A stretch of DNA of 64,000 nt from Minisyncoccota bacterium (GTDB taxonomy: Bacteria; Patescibacteriota; Minisyncoccia; Phycocordibacterales; DATDWN01). Shown piece after piece: positions 29,189 to 38,914 of the stretch (position 1 is the stretch's first letter; each line of letters opens with the position of its first letter). Location of the stretch: the NCBI GenBank assembly GCA_041658985.1, contig JBAZZC010000001.1, forward strand, positions 1,813 through 65,812, in the 5' to 3' direction. Both the position numbers and the translations under genes were made by a program. The notes beneath the pieces are model-generated. The model was not told the DNA's origin and searched no databases. It was given only the letters and a program-made list of their open reading frames with translations.

Positions 29189-31330
29189 CTATTTTCTAGA
29201 CTCAATAATTGTCAAAGCGACGTTTGGTGGCACCACTTCATAATGATCAAACTCCATCATAACCGACCCTCTTCCTTGTGTCATTGAACGAATATCAGTT
29301 GTGTATCCAAACATTTCAGACAAAGGAACCTTAGCGTGAATTACTCGGAGCATTCCTCTCTCCTCCATTCCTTCTATCTGCCCTCGTTTACCTGAAAGTG
29401 AGCCTGTGATATCTCCCATAAATTGTTCTGGCATGATAGCATCAACTTTCATAATAGGTTCAAGTAAGACAGGTCTGGCTCTTTTGGCTGCATCTTGGAA
29501 AGCTTGAGAGGCTGCAATCTTGTAAGCAATTTCAGATGAGTCAACATCATGATAAGAACCGAATGTAAGTTCGCAGGAAATATTTACCATTTTGTATCCA
29601 GCAACAATTCCTCTATCCATTGCCTCATGAACACCTTTTTCACAGGCAGGAATAAATTCTTGTGGGATAACGCCCCCTTTGATTGAGTCAATAAATTCAA
29701 AGTCTTCATATCGTTTAACATTCTTAGGAATTTTTGCTCCCTCTTCAATTTTCTCAAGAGGTTTGATTGTGAGTTTTACGTGACCATACTGACCTTTTCC
29801 ACCAGTCTGTTTGATATATTTGTGTTCCGCCTCGGCTGTCCCAAGAATTGTCTCTCTGTATGCTACTTGTGGTTTACCAACATTTACCTCAACACCAAAT
29901 TCTCGTTTCATGCGGTCAACCATAATTTCTAGATGTAGCTCTCCCATACCAGAGACAATCGTCTCGGCTGTTTCGGAATTTGATGACACAATAAACGTTG
30001 GGTCCTCGTCAGAAAGTTTTTTGAGGGCCATACCCATTTTTTCCTGGTCAGCTTTTGTTTTTGGTTCAATACGAAGTGAGACGACAGGAGCAACGAATTT
30101 AATTGGGTCAAGAAGAATTGGTTGGTCCTCGTCACAAAGTGTGTGAGATGTTTTTGCAGACTTTAATCCCACCGCTGCTGCGATTTCTCCGGCAAAAACT
30201 TTTTTTACTTCCTCACGTTTGTCAGCCTGAAGTCGCACAATACGACCCAACCTTTCTTTCTCACCTGTGGTTGAGTTATAAATATATGTTCCAGACTCAA
30301 TTGTCCCAGAATAGACACGAAAGAAAGTTAGCTGTCCAACGAATGGGTCGTTTTGAAGTTTGAAAGCAAGAGCAGAAAAAGGTTCTTCATCAGAAGGTTT
30401 CCTAAATATTTCATCACCTGTTTTTGGGTCTAAACCTCTGACGGGAGGGATGTCTAGTGGAGACGGGAGATATTCTACAACTGCGTCTAGAACAAGCTGG
30501 ATACCTTTGTTTTTCAAAGCAGAACCCGCCATGACAGGAACAATTTTTACAGCAAGACAGGCCTTACGAAGAGTCTTTTTTAGCTCTTCTATTGTTGGTT
30601 CCTTACCATCTAGAAACATTTGCATTTGCTCATCATCTTGTTCAACAATTTTTTCTATAAGCTCTGCGCGATATTTTTTTGCTTCATCCAAATATTCGGC
30701 GGGAATTTCTGACTCACGAATATCCATACCCATATTTCCTTCAAAGTGATAAGCCTTCATTTTCAAAAGGTCAATCACCCCCTCAAATTTATCCTCTAGA
30801 CCAATAGGAATTTGTAGGCGAACTGCGTTTTTTGTCAGTCTGTCTAAAATGGAGGCAAAAGAACGCTCAAAAGATGCACCCGTTCTATCAAGTTTGTTTA
30901 TCAAACAAATTCTTGGCACAGCGCCATCATCAGCATATCTCCAGTTTGTTTCTGATTGTGGTTCAACTCCGGCAACTCCGTCAAAAACCACAACCGCACC
31001 GTCAAGAACACGAAGTGAACGTTTTACCTCAGCTGTGAAATCAATGTGTCCGGGAGTATCAATAATATTGAAACGATAGGTGGGTTTGTCTCCCTTTGGC
31101 ATGTAGGTAGGATTCCAGAAACAAGTGATGGCTGCAGCAGTAATGGTAATACCTCTTTCACGCTCTTGTTCCATCCAGTCTGTCACCGTCTCCCCCTCGT
31201 GCACTTCACCAATCTTGTGAGTCATTCCTGTATAGAAAAGCACACGCTCTGATGTGGTTGTTTTACCAGCGTCAATGTGCGCTATTATACCAAAATTACG
31301 AACCTTATCTAGGGAATAGTCTCTATTCAT
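29189..31330 (-). CDS. fusA: Elongation factor G
   Basis: [27 protein letters not shown]. Confidence 0.98.
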   Translation of the reverse strand: MNRDYSLDKVRNFGIIAHIDAGKTTTSERVLFYTGMTHKIGEVHEGETVTDWMEQERERGITITAAAITCFWNPTYMPKGDKPTYRFNIIDTPGHIDFTAEVKRSLRVLDGAVVVFDGVAGVEPQSETNWRYADDGAVPRICLINKLDRTGASFERSFASILDRLTKNAVRLQIPIGLEDKFEGVIDLLKMKAYHFEGNMGMDIRESEIPAEYLDEAKKYRAELIEKIVEQDDEQMQMFLDGKEPTIEELKKTLRKACLAVKIVPVMAGSALKNKGIQLVLDAVVEYLPSPLDIPPVRGLDPKTGDEIFRKPSDEEPFSALAFKLQNDPFVGQLTFFRVYSGTIESGTYIYNSTTGEKERLGRIVRLQADKREEVKKVFAGEIAAAVGLKSAKTSHTLCDEDQPILLDPIKFVAPVVSLRIEPKTKADQEKMGMALKKLSDEDPTFIVSSNSETAETIVSGMGELHLEIMVDRMKREFGVEVNVGKPQVAYRETILGTAEAEHKYIKQTGGKGQYGHVKLTIKPLEKIEEGAKIPKNVKRYEDFEFIDSIKGGVIPQEFIPACEKGVHEAMDRGIVAGYKMVNISCELTFGSYHDVDSSEIAYKIAASQAFQDAAKRARPVLLEPIMKVDAIMPEQFMGDITGSLSGKRGQIEGMEERGMLRVIHAKVPLSEMFGYTTDIRSMTQGRGSVMMEFDHYEVVPPNVALTIIESRK

Positions 31331-31453
31331 AAGTTAAATTATTGTAAATAAAAATGCCCGGAGGCACACAGGAAACTATATACCAAAAACCATTTTTGAG
31401 CAATAATGCAAAACTCCCAGTTAAGGGTTTATATTACTCACGTATAAATCAAT

Positions 31454-31984
31454 TTATTTTAAATTACTAATTACTTCATCTATAAGATCCTTTAATTGAC
31501 CTCTGTTTGATATGACCCTTGCTTTATCAAGGTTAGTGAAGACAAGATTACCACCAATTTCACTCAATGTTGTCAAACCACTACCAAGAGAATCCTCGGC
31601 ACCATATGATCCACCAACACCAAATTCTTGAGTTAATTCATATCTGTGGTCAGTTGGTGCATCTATTATTTGAGATACCTGATTTGGTTCTAGAACCATT
31701 TTGATAGTAAAAGTTATATTATCTCCTTGACCAGGAATTCTTTGAATTGATACTTCTAATGGGTTTCCAGTATTCATAAATCTATCTTCAATAGTAAAAA
31801 TCCTCGGAGTCATGTTCCCTCTTGGAACTAATTCTCCTAATATCTTTATTTTAGGATTTATTTCTTCACTTAACGCAAATCCTTGCATTTGCTGTGCGTC
31901 TTCCTCTTTCCTTTTTTCAGCCATAAAAACGTCATACTCATTTGGTTTATCTTCACTCGCTGGTTGAACTCCTTCTTCACTCAT
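31454..31984 (-). CDS. Hypothetical protein
   Basis: 176-aa acidic ORF. Confidence 0.65.
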   Translation of the reverse strand: MSEEGVQPASEDKPNEYDVFMAEKRKEEDAQQMQGFALSEEINPKIKILGELVPRGNMTPRIFTIEDRFMNTGNPLEVSIQRIPGQGDNITFTIKMVLEPNQVSQIIDAPTDHRYELTQEFGVGGSYGAEDSLGSGLTTLSEIGGNLVFTNLDKARVISNRGQLKDLIDEVISNLK

Positions 31985-31993
31985 AATTTTTTT

Positions 31994-32064
31994 ATCCGAA
32001 CACTAACTTTAGCATCGCTCCGCCGTGTTTCGATGAAACACAATGCCAAAGTTAGTGTGCGGAT
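31994..32064. repeat. Family A element, copy 3 (short interior)
   Basis: ATCCGAACACTAACTTTAGCAT ... ATGCCAAAGTTAGTGTGCGGAT. Confidence 0.9.
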
Positions 32065-32168
32065 GAATTAAAATATTAATACCCTAATTTTACCCCGACC
32101 ACAAGAATTTACAACCCTGTAATTAAATCCCTTCTTTTCCCCTAACAACTTAAACCAAACCCCCACTC

Positions 32169-32196
32169 AATCTACTACGATATATCGTAGTAGATT
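32169..32196. repeat. Perfect 28-bp palindrome
   Basis: AATCTACTACGATATATCGTAGTAGATT. Confidence 0.95.
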
Positions 32197-32203
32197 GATA
32201 ATA

Positions 32204-32608
32204 TTATTTTGAATATTTTCTCCAATATTTCTTTCCAACCGGTGGAGGCATTATTCCCCCAACAGTTAGTATTCCCCATATTATTTTTTCAAAATCCAAT
32301 TTTTGTTTTTTTGAAATCTTGAGAAGAGTATCGTACTTTCCAATTTCAATACCCAGAGACATCATTGCAACCGTGGACGGACTCACCTTTAATATTTCCA
32401 CAATCCTATGTTGTGGAGTTTTACTATCAAGCATGAGAATAATCGCCAGACGTTTAGCGAGCATGGTTCTTTCTGTATCCGAAAAAAGTTCATTTACTAC
32501 CGAGGAGAGATATTTCTTGTTTTGTGCTTCCCCAAATGTTAAAAGAAGCTCACTTAATAATTTCTCCAATAATTCTGGGTTTAATTTTTTACTTGATACG
32601 TGTGGCAT
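32204..32608 (-). CDS. TrpR/YerC-like helix-turn-helix protein
   Basis: LFSDTERTMLAKRLAII..L..HRIVEILKVSPSTV. Confidence 0.75.
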   Translation of the reverse strand: MPHVSSKKLNPELLEKLLSELLLTFGEAQNKKYLSSVVNELFSDTERTMLAKRLAIILMLDSKTPQHRIVEILKVSPSTVAMMSLGIEIGKYDTLLKISKKQKLDFEKIIWGILTVGGIMPPPVGKKYWRKYSK

Positions 32609-32640
32609 AGATTATATTTACAATTAATTTTAATATCTTT

Positions 32641-32668
32641 AATCTACTACGATATATCGTAGTAGATT
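32641..32668. repeat. Perfect 28-bp palindrome
   Basis: Identical to 32169-32196. Confidence 0.95.
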
Positions 32669-32752
32669 AAGAACTGAGTGTCAACATCAAAAAGCATTTT
32701 TGAACAATGACAAAATAATTAAAGAGCTTCTCACAAACCAAGGGCAGTTATA

Positions 32753-33028
32753 TTATTTTTCACCCAGTTCTTCTAGAAGCTTACCAAAGTGCTTATTGGT
32801 CCAGCCGTGGTAATGTATCTCCCTGATTCCACCAGCATCACCCCCACTCGCCATACCTCTTATTTCATTAATTACAGAACAATATTCTGACATTGAAATA
32901 TTTCTCTCTTCTCTTAAACTACTTAGTCTGCTATCAAAATTATCAGGAAGACCGCCGGGTGCCCCTTCCTCGGAGCTACTCTTATCTGCACCGTCAAAAT
33001 CACCGTATTCCGGCTCTTCGTTTGACAT
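32753..33028 (-). CDS. Hypothetical protein
   Basis: 91-aa ATG ORF. Confidence 0.6.
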   Translation of the reverse strand: MSNEEPEYGDFDGADKSSSEEGAPGGLPDNFDSRLSSLREERNISMSEYCSVINEIRGMASGGDAGGIREIHYHGWTNKHFGKLLEELGEK

Positions 33029-33125
33029 GTTATTAGACTAGAGTAATAACACACTAATTTTATTCCTCCCCCAGATAAATACAAGACATGGCAACCAGAA
33101 TTTCTCTTTGGGAAGATTCTATGGC

Positions 33126-33320
33126 TTAAAGTCTACCTTTTAGGTTCCTTACTTCTTGTTCCAAATCTTCAAGCCTTTCATGGTCAGACTTGTGGTGAAC
33201 AAGAGCTTTTTGAATAAATGGCCAGATAATAAGACCAATAATTACGTCAAAAATAACAATTAGAAGTATCTCAAACTCCCAATGTGCCGGGTCTCTTACT
33301 AAATCAAAAAATGATTCCAT
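33126..33320 (-). CDS. Small membrane protein
   Basis: DPAHWEFEIL followed by TM segment and short coiled coil. Confidence 0.6.
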   Translation of the reverse strand: MESFFDLVRDPAHWEFEILLIVIFDVIIGLIIWPFIQKALVHHKSDHERLEDLEQEVRNLKGRL

Positions 33321-33367
33321 GAGGTTATTTAAGACAACCAGACAAACAAAATCCAAAACAAAAAACT

Positions 33368-33787
33368 TTACATTACTGGTTTATTTGGAAATAAGTGTTT
33401 TACCGCTATTAACAACATAACAGTAATTTGTGTAATAGTTGCAGTAATTAAAAGTCTAAAGCTCCACCCTTCAATCTCAAATCCACCAGTCTTAAAACCT
33501 TGGAAAAAAGCGATTACAAAAATAGCAACGGTTTCTGCTGCCAAAAACCAGAATAAGATAAAAAGTGTATTTTTCTTTAAACCTATATCTTGCTCAAATG
33601 CCCTGTTTTCTAACTGTCCTTTTTCTAGAGCAATTTTTTCCTGAATGCTTCTTTCGCCGAACGGTCTTATATTATATTGCAGAGGTCTCTTAATTCCCTG
33701 CTGATGAACTAGTGAAGCACGAATTTCTTTAAATCTTTCTGAAAGATCAGTATTTCTCTTAGAAAATGACTCGGGAATTTCTGTCAT
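33368..33787 (-). CDS. Two-TM hypothetical protein coupled to ImmA/IrrE peptidase
   Basis: ATGA overlap with upstream stop; two hydrophobic segments. Confidence 0.7.
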   Translation of the reverse strand: MTEIPESFSKRNTDLSERFKEIRASLVHQQGIKRPLQYNIRPFGERSIQEKIALEKGQLENRAFEQDIGLKKNTLFILFWFLAAETVAIFVIAFFQGFKTGGFEIEGWSFRLLITATITQITVMLLIAVKHLFPNKPVM

Positions 33788-34338
33788 GGTAATAATTTTA
33801 ATCGCTCGAGTCTTATGCTCATTGTGGAGACGGAAACATTAAAGACTTTAGCACATGATTCTACATCTCTTAAACTCTCCCAGGCCTGAACTATTAACTC
33901 TGAAGGCATTATTAAAGCATACGCAAAATTATTCGCTTCGATTTCCATTTGACTAATTTCTGCTTCATCCAGACTAAACAATGCTCTACCCCCGTCAAAA
34001 AAGTCACTGTCAACAATAATTCCCTCAATTTTTATCTTATCCTTATGTAAAAAATAATGACCCAATTCGTGAGCTAGTGTAAAGTTTTGTCTTTCTTGAG
34101 ATTTACTACTATTAATTGCGATGTGAAATTCGTAAGTCTTCACACCACTAGAATCTTTCTCCTCATACGTTATCGCCCCTGATAAGTTTTTTATAGAATC
34201 CTCTGAAAATTCAAACGATTGTATTTTAAGTTCAAAGATTGAATCTGTTATGTTTTTATATGGAAATGGAGATAAATCCAGAGGATTATATTGTTTTCTT
34301 ATTTCATTGGCCTTAGACTCACAATCAGCTCTGTTCAT
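33784..34338 (-). CDS. ImmA/IrrE-family metallo-endopeptidase
   Basis: RQNFTLAHELGH, EIEANNFA..L.MP, FNVS. Confidence 0.9.
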   Translation of the reverse strand: MNRADCESKANEIRKQYNPLDLSPFPYKNITDSIFELKIQSFEFSEDSIKNLSGAITYEEKDSSGVKTYEFHIAINSSKSQERQNFTLAHELGHYFLHKDKIKIEGIIVDSDFFDGGRALFSLDEAEISQMEIEANNFAYALIMPSELIVQAWESLRDVESCAKVFNVSVSTMSIRLERLKLLP

Positions 34339-34445
34339 AGTTATGATTATACACCTTTCTAAATATTTGTTTCAATCTTAGTGTGATTGTGTAAAAATCT
34401 TAATTCTAAGTATTATATAAAATAAAAAGTAAACTTGTAGACGAA

Positions 34446-34575
34446 GATTTTTGTGAGGATTTTTGTTGAAGTTCGAAGCTCGCAGGTTTTTTCTGTGACC
34501 AAAACGTACAACAGTACGTTGCGTGGAACAGATAAAAACCGAGAGCAAAGAAATTCGGCAAAAAGACCACAAAAA
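34446..34575. repeat. Family B-related element, copy 7 (divergent; abuts rpsG stop)
   Basis: TTTTTGTG ... AACGTAC-AACA-GTACGTT ... CAAAGAAATTCG ... CACAAAAA. Confidence 0.7.
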
Positions 34576-35055
34576 CTACCAAGCAAAATGGGCAAAGGCC
34601 TTGTTTGACTCCGCCATTTTATGCGTATCTTCTCTCTTCTTCACTGCCTTACCTTCATTTTTTGAAGCTAGTATAATTTCGTCAGCTAAGCGAGATGCCA
34701 TAGGAGCACCTTTGCCTGAGCGAGCTGAATCAATAATCCATTTCATTGCGAGAAACGAACGTCTTTCTGGTCGAACTTCTCGAGGAATTTGGTAGTTAGC
34801 ACCTCCGACTCGACGAGAGCGAACTTCTGTAAGAGGGCCTGTATTTTTTAATGCTGTATCAAAAACTTCCATTACATCCACTGTCGTAGCTGTGCCTAGT
34901 TTCTTAATAATCTGTTCAAATGCATCATAAACAATTTTTCGAGCTGTCGCTTTTTGTCCACGAATCATTATGTAATTGATAAATTTACCAACTTTCTCAG
35001 AATCATATTCGTGATCTTTACCTACTATATTTCTGTTTGTTATTTTTCTTCGCAT
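34576..35055 (-). CDS. rpsG: 30S ribosomal protein S7
   Basis: RRVGGANYQIP, HKMAESNKAFAHF. Confidence 0.97.
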   Translation of the reverse strand: MRRKITNRNIVGKDHEYDSEKVGKFINYIMIRGQKATARKIVYDAFEQIIKKLGTATTVDVMEVFDTALKNTGPLTEVRSRRVGGANYQIPREVRPERRSFLAMKWIIDSARSGKGAPMASRLADEIILASKNEGKAVKKREDTHKMAESNKAFAHFAW

Positions 35056-35104
35056 TTTTGTGTTTGTATTTTACTTTATGGACTTTATGAACTTTATAGA
35101 CTTT

Positions 35105-35518
35105 TTACTTCCCCTTAGGTTTCTTTACACCATATCTAGACCTACCCTGCATTCTTTTTTCTACTCCTGTTGCATCGAGCTTGCCTCGTACTATTGTATA
35201 TCTGATACCAACATCCTTTACTTTTCCACCACGAAGCAAAACCACTGAGTGTTCCTGTAGTCCATGTCCCATTCCTGGAATATATGCCGTAACCTCCATA
35301 CCATTTGTTAGTCTAACTCTAGCAATTTTTCGAATAGCAGAGTTTGGTTTCTTTGGTGTTTTTGTTGTTACTTTCGTACAAACTCCCCTTTTAAATGAAG
35401 ATGGATAATAGACAGGTCTGTTTGTTAGAGTGTTGAATCCACGAGTTAAAGCAATGGCCTTTGATTTAGGTCTACCTTTTGAGCGTCTTTTTTTAATCAG
35501 CTGATTTATCGTTGACAT
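35105..35518 (-). CDS. rpsL: 30S ribosomal protein S12
   Basis: [22 protein letters not shown]. Confidence 0.97.
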   Translation of the reverse strand: MSTINQLIKKRRSKGRPKSKAIALTRGFNTLTNRPVYYPSSFKRGVCTKVTTKTPKKPNSAIRKIARVRLTNGMEVTAYIPGMGHGLQEHSVVLLRGGKVKDVGIRYTIVRGKLDATGVEKRMQGRSRYGVKKPKGK

Positions 35519-35643
35519 TACTTCACTACTCTAATATATATGTATCAAAATTGCAAATACTTGTTTGTATAAACGAAATGGCCCGCCTCCGAAGAGAACG
35601 AGCCTTTGCCCCCGAGTTATTTTTATGTCTCGGTGGGAGGAGC

Positions 35644-35839
35644 GGAGGAGAGGGGGTGTGGCCAACCAGTTGATTGATTCGCTGTTGTCGCAAGTCGCTG
35701 AACGCCATTGTCGCCGATTGCAAATCTTCGCAACCGGCGAACTTCGCCAGACGCCGATGTCGCAGATCGCTAAACGCCAATTTCGCAAGATGTCGCAAGC
35801 CGCCAGACGCCGTTGTCGCAACGCCAGACCCCTCTCTCC
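35644..35839 (-). promoter_or_regulatory. GC-rich structured leader upstream of rpsL with degenerate ~21-nt repeats
   Basis: Terminal imperfect IR enclosing TGTCGCA..CGC...ACGCC units; TTGACA promoter at ~35869-35874. Confidence 0.55.
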
Positions 35840-35978
35840 AACAGAAAGCCTATCACACTAGCCGTATAATGTCAAGCAATTTTTGTATATGAAAAATAGC
35901 CTTACTCTAGGCCTTTATTTAAATTTTACTTACATAAATATGGAGATTACTGTACGAAAAAGATAAATACTAATTTCA

Positions 35979-36593
35979 CTACGGGATTAATCCAGTTATG
36001 AGAGAAAATTCAAAAACAACTAGAGGTAAAACAAATTTCCAAAGGAAGAAAATGAAGAAAATTAAAACAAACAATCCGTTTCGTTCTAGAAAATCACGAA
36101 CACCTTGCATACTATAAGGTAAAATGGAGAAAAGGATTTTTGAACCATCAAGAGGAGGAATGGGTATTAGATTAAACGTGGCCAGAATCAAGTTTATAAA
36201 TACTATGGTAGAAGAAATATATGTAAATGCCTGTCCAAATTGAGAAGTTATCCCAAAACGAATAAGCAGACCAAAAAACAAGGCCACACAGATATTAGAC
36301 GCTGGACCAGCAAGAGCCACCATGGCCTCTCCCCATCTTTGATTTCTTAGATTATATGGATTGAAAGGAACAGGTTTTGCCCAGCCAATTATAAAACCAC
36401 CAAACATATATGACATTACAGGCAAGAGAAAAGAGCCAAACCATTCTAGGTGTTTCATTGGGTTAAGAGTCAACCTGCCCTGAAATCTTGCTGTATTATC
36501 CCCTTGTAGATAGGCAACGTAACCGTGAGAGACCTCATGGATGACGATAGAAAAAATTAGTATGAGAATTGAAAAAATAAAATCGAGAGACAT
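35979..36593 (-). CDS. Site-2 protease (M50 family)
   Basis: HEVSH, AGPASN, NLIPIPPLDG. Confidence 0.92.
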   Translation of the reverse strand: MSLDFIFSILILIFSIVIHEVSHGYVAYLQGDNTARFQGRLTLNPMKHLEWFGSFLLPVMSYMFGGFIIGWAKPVPFNPYNLRNQRWGEAMVALAGPASNICVALFFGLLIRFGITSQFGQAFTYISSTIVFINLILATFNLIPIPPLDGSKILFSILPYSMQGVRDFLERNGLFVLIFFIFFLWKFVLPLVVFEFSLITGLIP

Positions 36594-36705
36594 GGGATAG
36601 TCTATAAAGTCGAAAGTTTATAAAGTCTATAAAGTAGATTCATTTGCTCCTTTTGACTTTATAGACTTTTGACTTCTGACTTTGTTATGATACCATACTT
36701 TCATT

Positions 36706-36948
36706 ATGGCTAAAGTATGTCCAATATCAAAGAAAAGTTCCCAGCTTAGTGGTGGATATTCAAACCGCACTCGTGCTACGCAGTTTAATCCAACTGGTGT
36801 TACTCGAAAATATGCCAATCTTCAAAAAAAGAAGATATATATTCCTGAACTCAAAAAATCAATAACCCTAACTCTCTCAACCACAGCAATTAAAACTATT
36901 CAGAAAAATGGTGCTTACGCTACACTCAAAAAAGCAGGTTTGATTTAA
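36706..36948 (+). CDS. rpmB: 50S ribosomal protein L28
   Basis: MAKVCPI, RKYANLQKKK. Confidence 0.85.
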   Translation: MAKVCPISKKSSQLSGGYSNRTRATQFNPTGVTRKYANLQKKKIYIPELKKSITLTLSTTAIKTIQKNGAYATLKKAGLI

Positions 36949-37046
36949 GAAATAACAAAAAGTCCAGTTACCAAAAGACATCTTGATAGAGGATGTTTTT
37001 TTGACATTAATAAATATAAGGGTAATATTCGATATGGGGGTGCCCT

Positions 37047-37238
37047 ATGAAATGGCGAATGTGCAAGGCCATCGTCAGAAACATAGGCTACCTACTTTCC
37101 TATGATTTCTGGCGACTCGCTCTCCGAGACAAGGAGTTTCCCGTAATCACGATCGTTCTCCTCATATTGTTTGCGGGGTGTTCCGACATCCTGCGGATGA
37201 TATTCACTCCGGGTTACCCGGAGAAGGCCGCCGACTAG
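37047..37238 (+). CDS. Small GC-rich orphan protein with TM segment
   Basis: TTGACA..TAATAT promoter upstream; hairpin AGGCCGCC/GGCGGCCT at end. Confidence 0.5.
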   Translation: MKWRMCKAIVRNIGYLLSYDFWRLALRDKEFPVITIVLLILFAGCSDILRMIFTPGYPEKAAD

Positions 37239-37244
37239 GCGGCC

Positions 37245-38114
37245 TCATCGTTTCAAAAGAAACCTTTTCCCATCTGATTCAAAAATCACTTGTCCTACAT
37301 CATATGTTCCAATGATTGGGACTTTTAGTTTATTTAAAATATCCAAAACTTCTTTGTGTGGATGGCCATACGTATTGTTTTTTCCTGCAGATATAACAAC
37401 CCATTCTGGATCAACTGCTTTTACATACTCTTCCGACGAACTTGTTCGTGAGCCGTGATGACCAGCTTTTAAAATTGTGCTTTTTAAGTTGTTTTCTAAA
37501 CTAACAAGAAAATGTTCTATGTTTGTCGGCGAATCTCCTTGTAACATTACCGAGGTCTCACCATAAACCAATTGCATTACAATCGAACCGTCATTTGGAT
37601 TTAGACCAGAAATATCTCTGTCTGGGAAAATTACTCGTAAATATGCACTCCCACCTAAATCAATTATTTGTCCTCGCCTTGCAATTATTTTTGGAATTTT
37701 TTTATTTATGATTTCGTCTTCTAATAGAGAATATGCCTCACTTTTATTTGTCGTGCCGGGCTCAAGCACTACATCGGTTTTGTATTTTTTCAGAAAAGGG
37801 ATAAATCCTTCGTAGTGGTCCTTATCTGGATTTGTCACAACTAGCATATCAATTTTTCTGTCATACCAAGGTAAAATGGATGAGATTTCTTTCATTAGAG
37901 CGTTATTTGGGCCACCATCTATCAAAACCTGTATACCAGTTGGTGATTCAATAAAAATCGAGTCACCCTGACCAACATTCAGGAAGACAACAGTCAAAAT
38001 CCCCTGACGATTTTCTCTAATTACAGTAGACCACAAAACGAAGCTTAAAATCAAAAGTAGTCCAAGAATATACCAGCGTAGATAAGCACGAATATGAGAA
38101 AATCTTTTCAACAT
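37245..38114 (-). CDS. ComEC/Rec2 MBL-fold domain protein
   Basis: NVGQGDS, DKDH, LKAGHHGS, YGHPH. Confidence 0.9.
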   Translation of the reverse strand: MLKRFSHIRAYLRWYILGLLLILSFVLWSTVIRENRQGILTVVFLNVGQGDSIFIESPTGIQVLIDGGPNNALMKEISSILPWYDRKIDMLVVTNPDKDHYEGFIPFLKKYKTDVVLEPGTTNKSEAYSLLEDEIINKKIPKIIARRGQIIDLGGSAYLRVIFPDRDISGLNPNDGSIVMQLVYGETSVMLQGDSPTNIEHFLVSLENNLKSTILKAGHHGSRTSSSEEYVKAVDPEWVVISAGKNNTYGHPHKEVLDILNKLKVPIIGTYDVGQVIFESDGKRFLLKR

Positions 38115-38147
38115 ATGTTATATTATACACACAAAATTAAGAGCTAA

Positions 38148-38289
38148 ATCCGCACACCAACCCTGGTATTGTGTCTTCCGTTGATATTATATGTATAATA
38201 GATATATCAACTGGTGAATTTACTAGTAACTGAGCAATAATTTCCACACCACGACACAATATCAACGATACCAGAGTTGGTGTGCGGAC
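38148..38289. repeat. Family A element, copy 4
   Basis: ATCCGCACACCAACCCTGGTAT ... ATACCAGAGTTGGTGTGCGGAC. Confidence 0.9.
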
Positions 38290-38302
38290 AAATCAAAACA
38301 AA

Positions 38303-38914
38303 ATGGAATTTAAAGAAAAAAAATTTAACATCGGTGAACTAAAGGGAATTTCAGCAAAAACGATTGAGGAACACCTAAAACTTTATGCTGGGTATGTAAA
38401 AAATACCAATAGTATCCTAGAAAAGATACCGGTATACGAAGGATATGTAAAAGAAGACGCTTTTGCTCCGTATGTAATAAGCGAACTAAATAGACGATTC
38501 AGTTTTGAATATAACGGCATGAGAAATCATGAGATTTACTTTGATTCACTATCAGATGGAGCAAAAGAAATTACACCAGACGGTGAACTAATAAAATGTA
38601 TCGCCTACTTATGGGGTTCATTTGATAAATGGCTCGTACAATTTAAAACACTTGCTACAACTCGTGGTATTGGTTGGGCCATGCTTTATTTAGACAGAAA
38701 AGAACACCGGCTTTTAAATGCCTGGGTTGATGAGCAACATATTGGACAGCTCCAAGACTGCACTCCAATACTTGCCCTAGACATGTGGGAACACTCCTTC
38801 GTTGCCGACTATCAGCCAAGTGGTAAAAAACAATATATTGAAGACTTCTTTACTAGTCTTAATTGGCAGAATGTTGAGAAAAATTTTTCAGAAAGTATAA
38901 GCCCAGAAAAATAA
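38303..38914 (+). CDS. sod: Fe/Mn superoxide dismutase family protein
   Basis: H..LY.GYV, NHE.YF, LDMWEHS; start adjusted. Confidence 0.88.
   Translation: MEFKEKKFNIGELKGISAKTIEEHLKLYAGYVKNTNSILEKIPVYEGYVKEDAFAPYVISELNRRFSFEYNGMRNHEIYFDSLSDGAKEITPDGELIKCIAYLWGSFDKWLVQFKTLATTRGIGWAMLYLDRKEHRLLNAWVDEQHIGQLQDCTPILALDMWEHSFVADYQPSGKKQYIEDFFTSLNWQNVEKNFSESISPEK

Noticed and set aside
35686-35830. CRISPR array or missing second half of the DGR template
   Set aside because: Units are degenerate and irregularly spaced without unique spacers, and do not align to either variable region.
35526-35892. Four overlapping ORFs upstream of rpsL
   Set aside because: Likely by-products of a GC-rich repeat; no SD or recognisable motifs.
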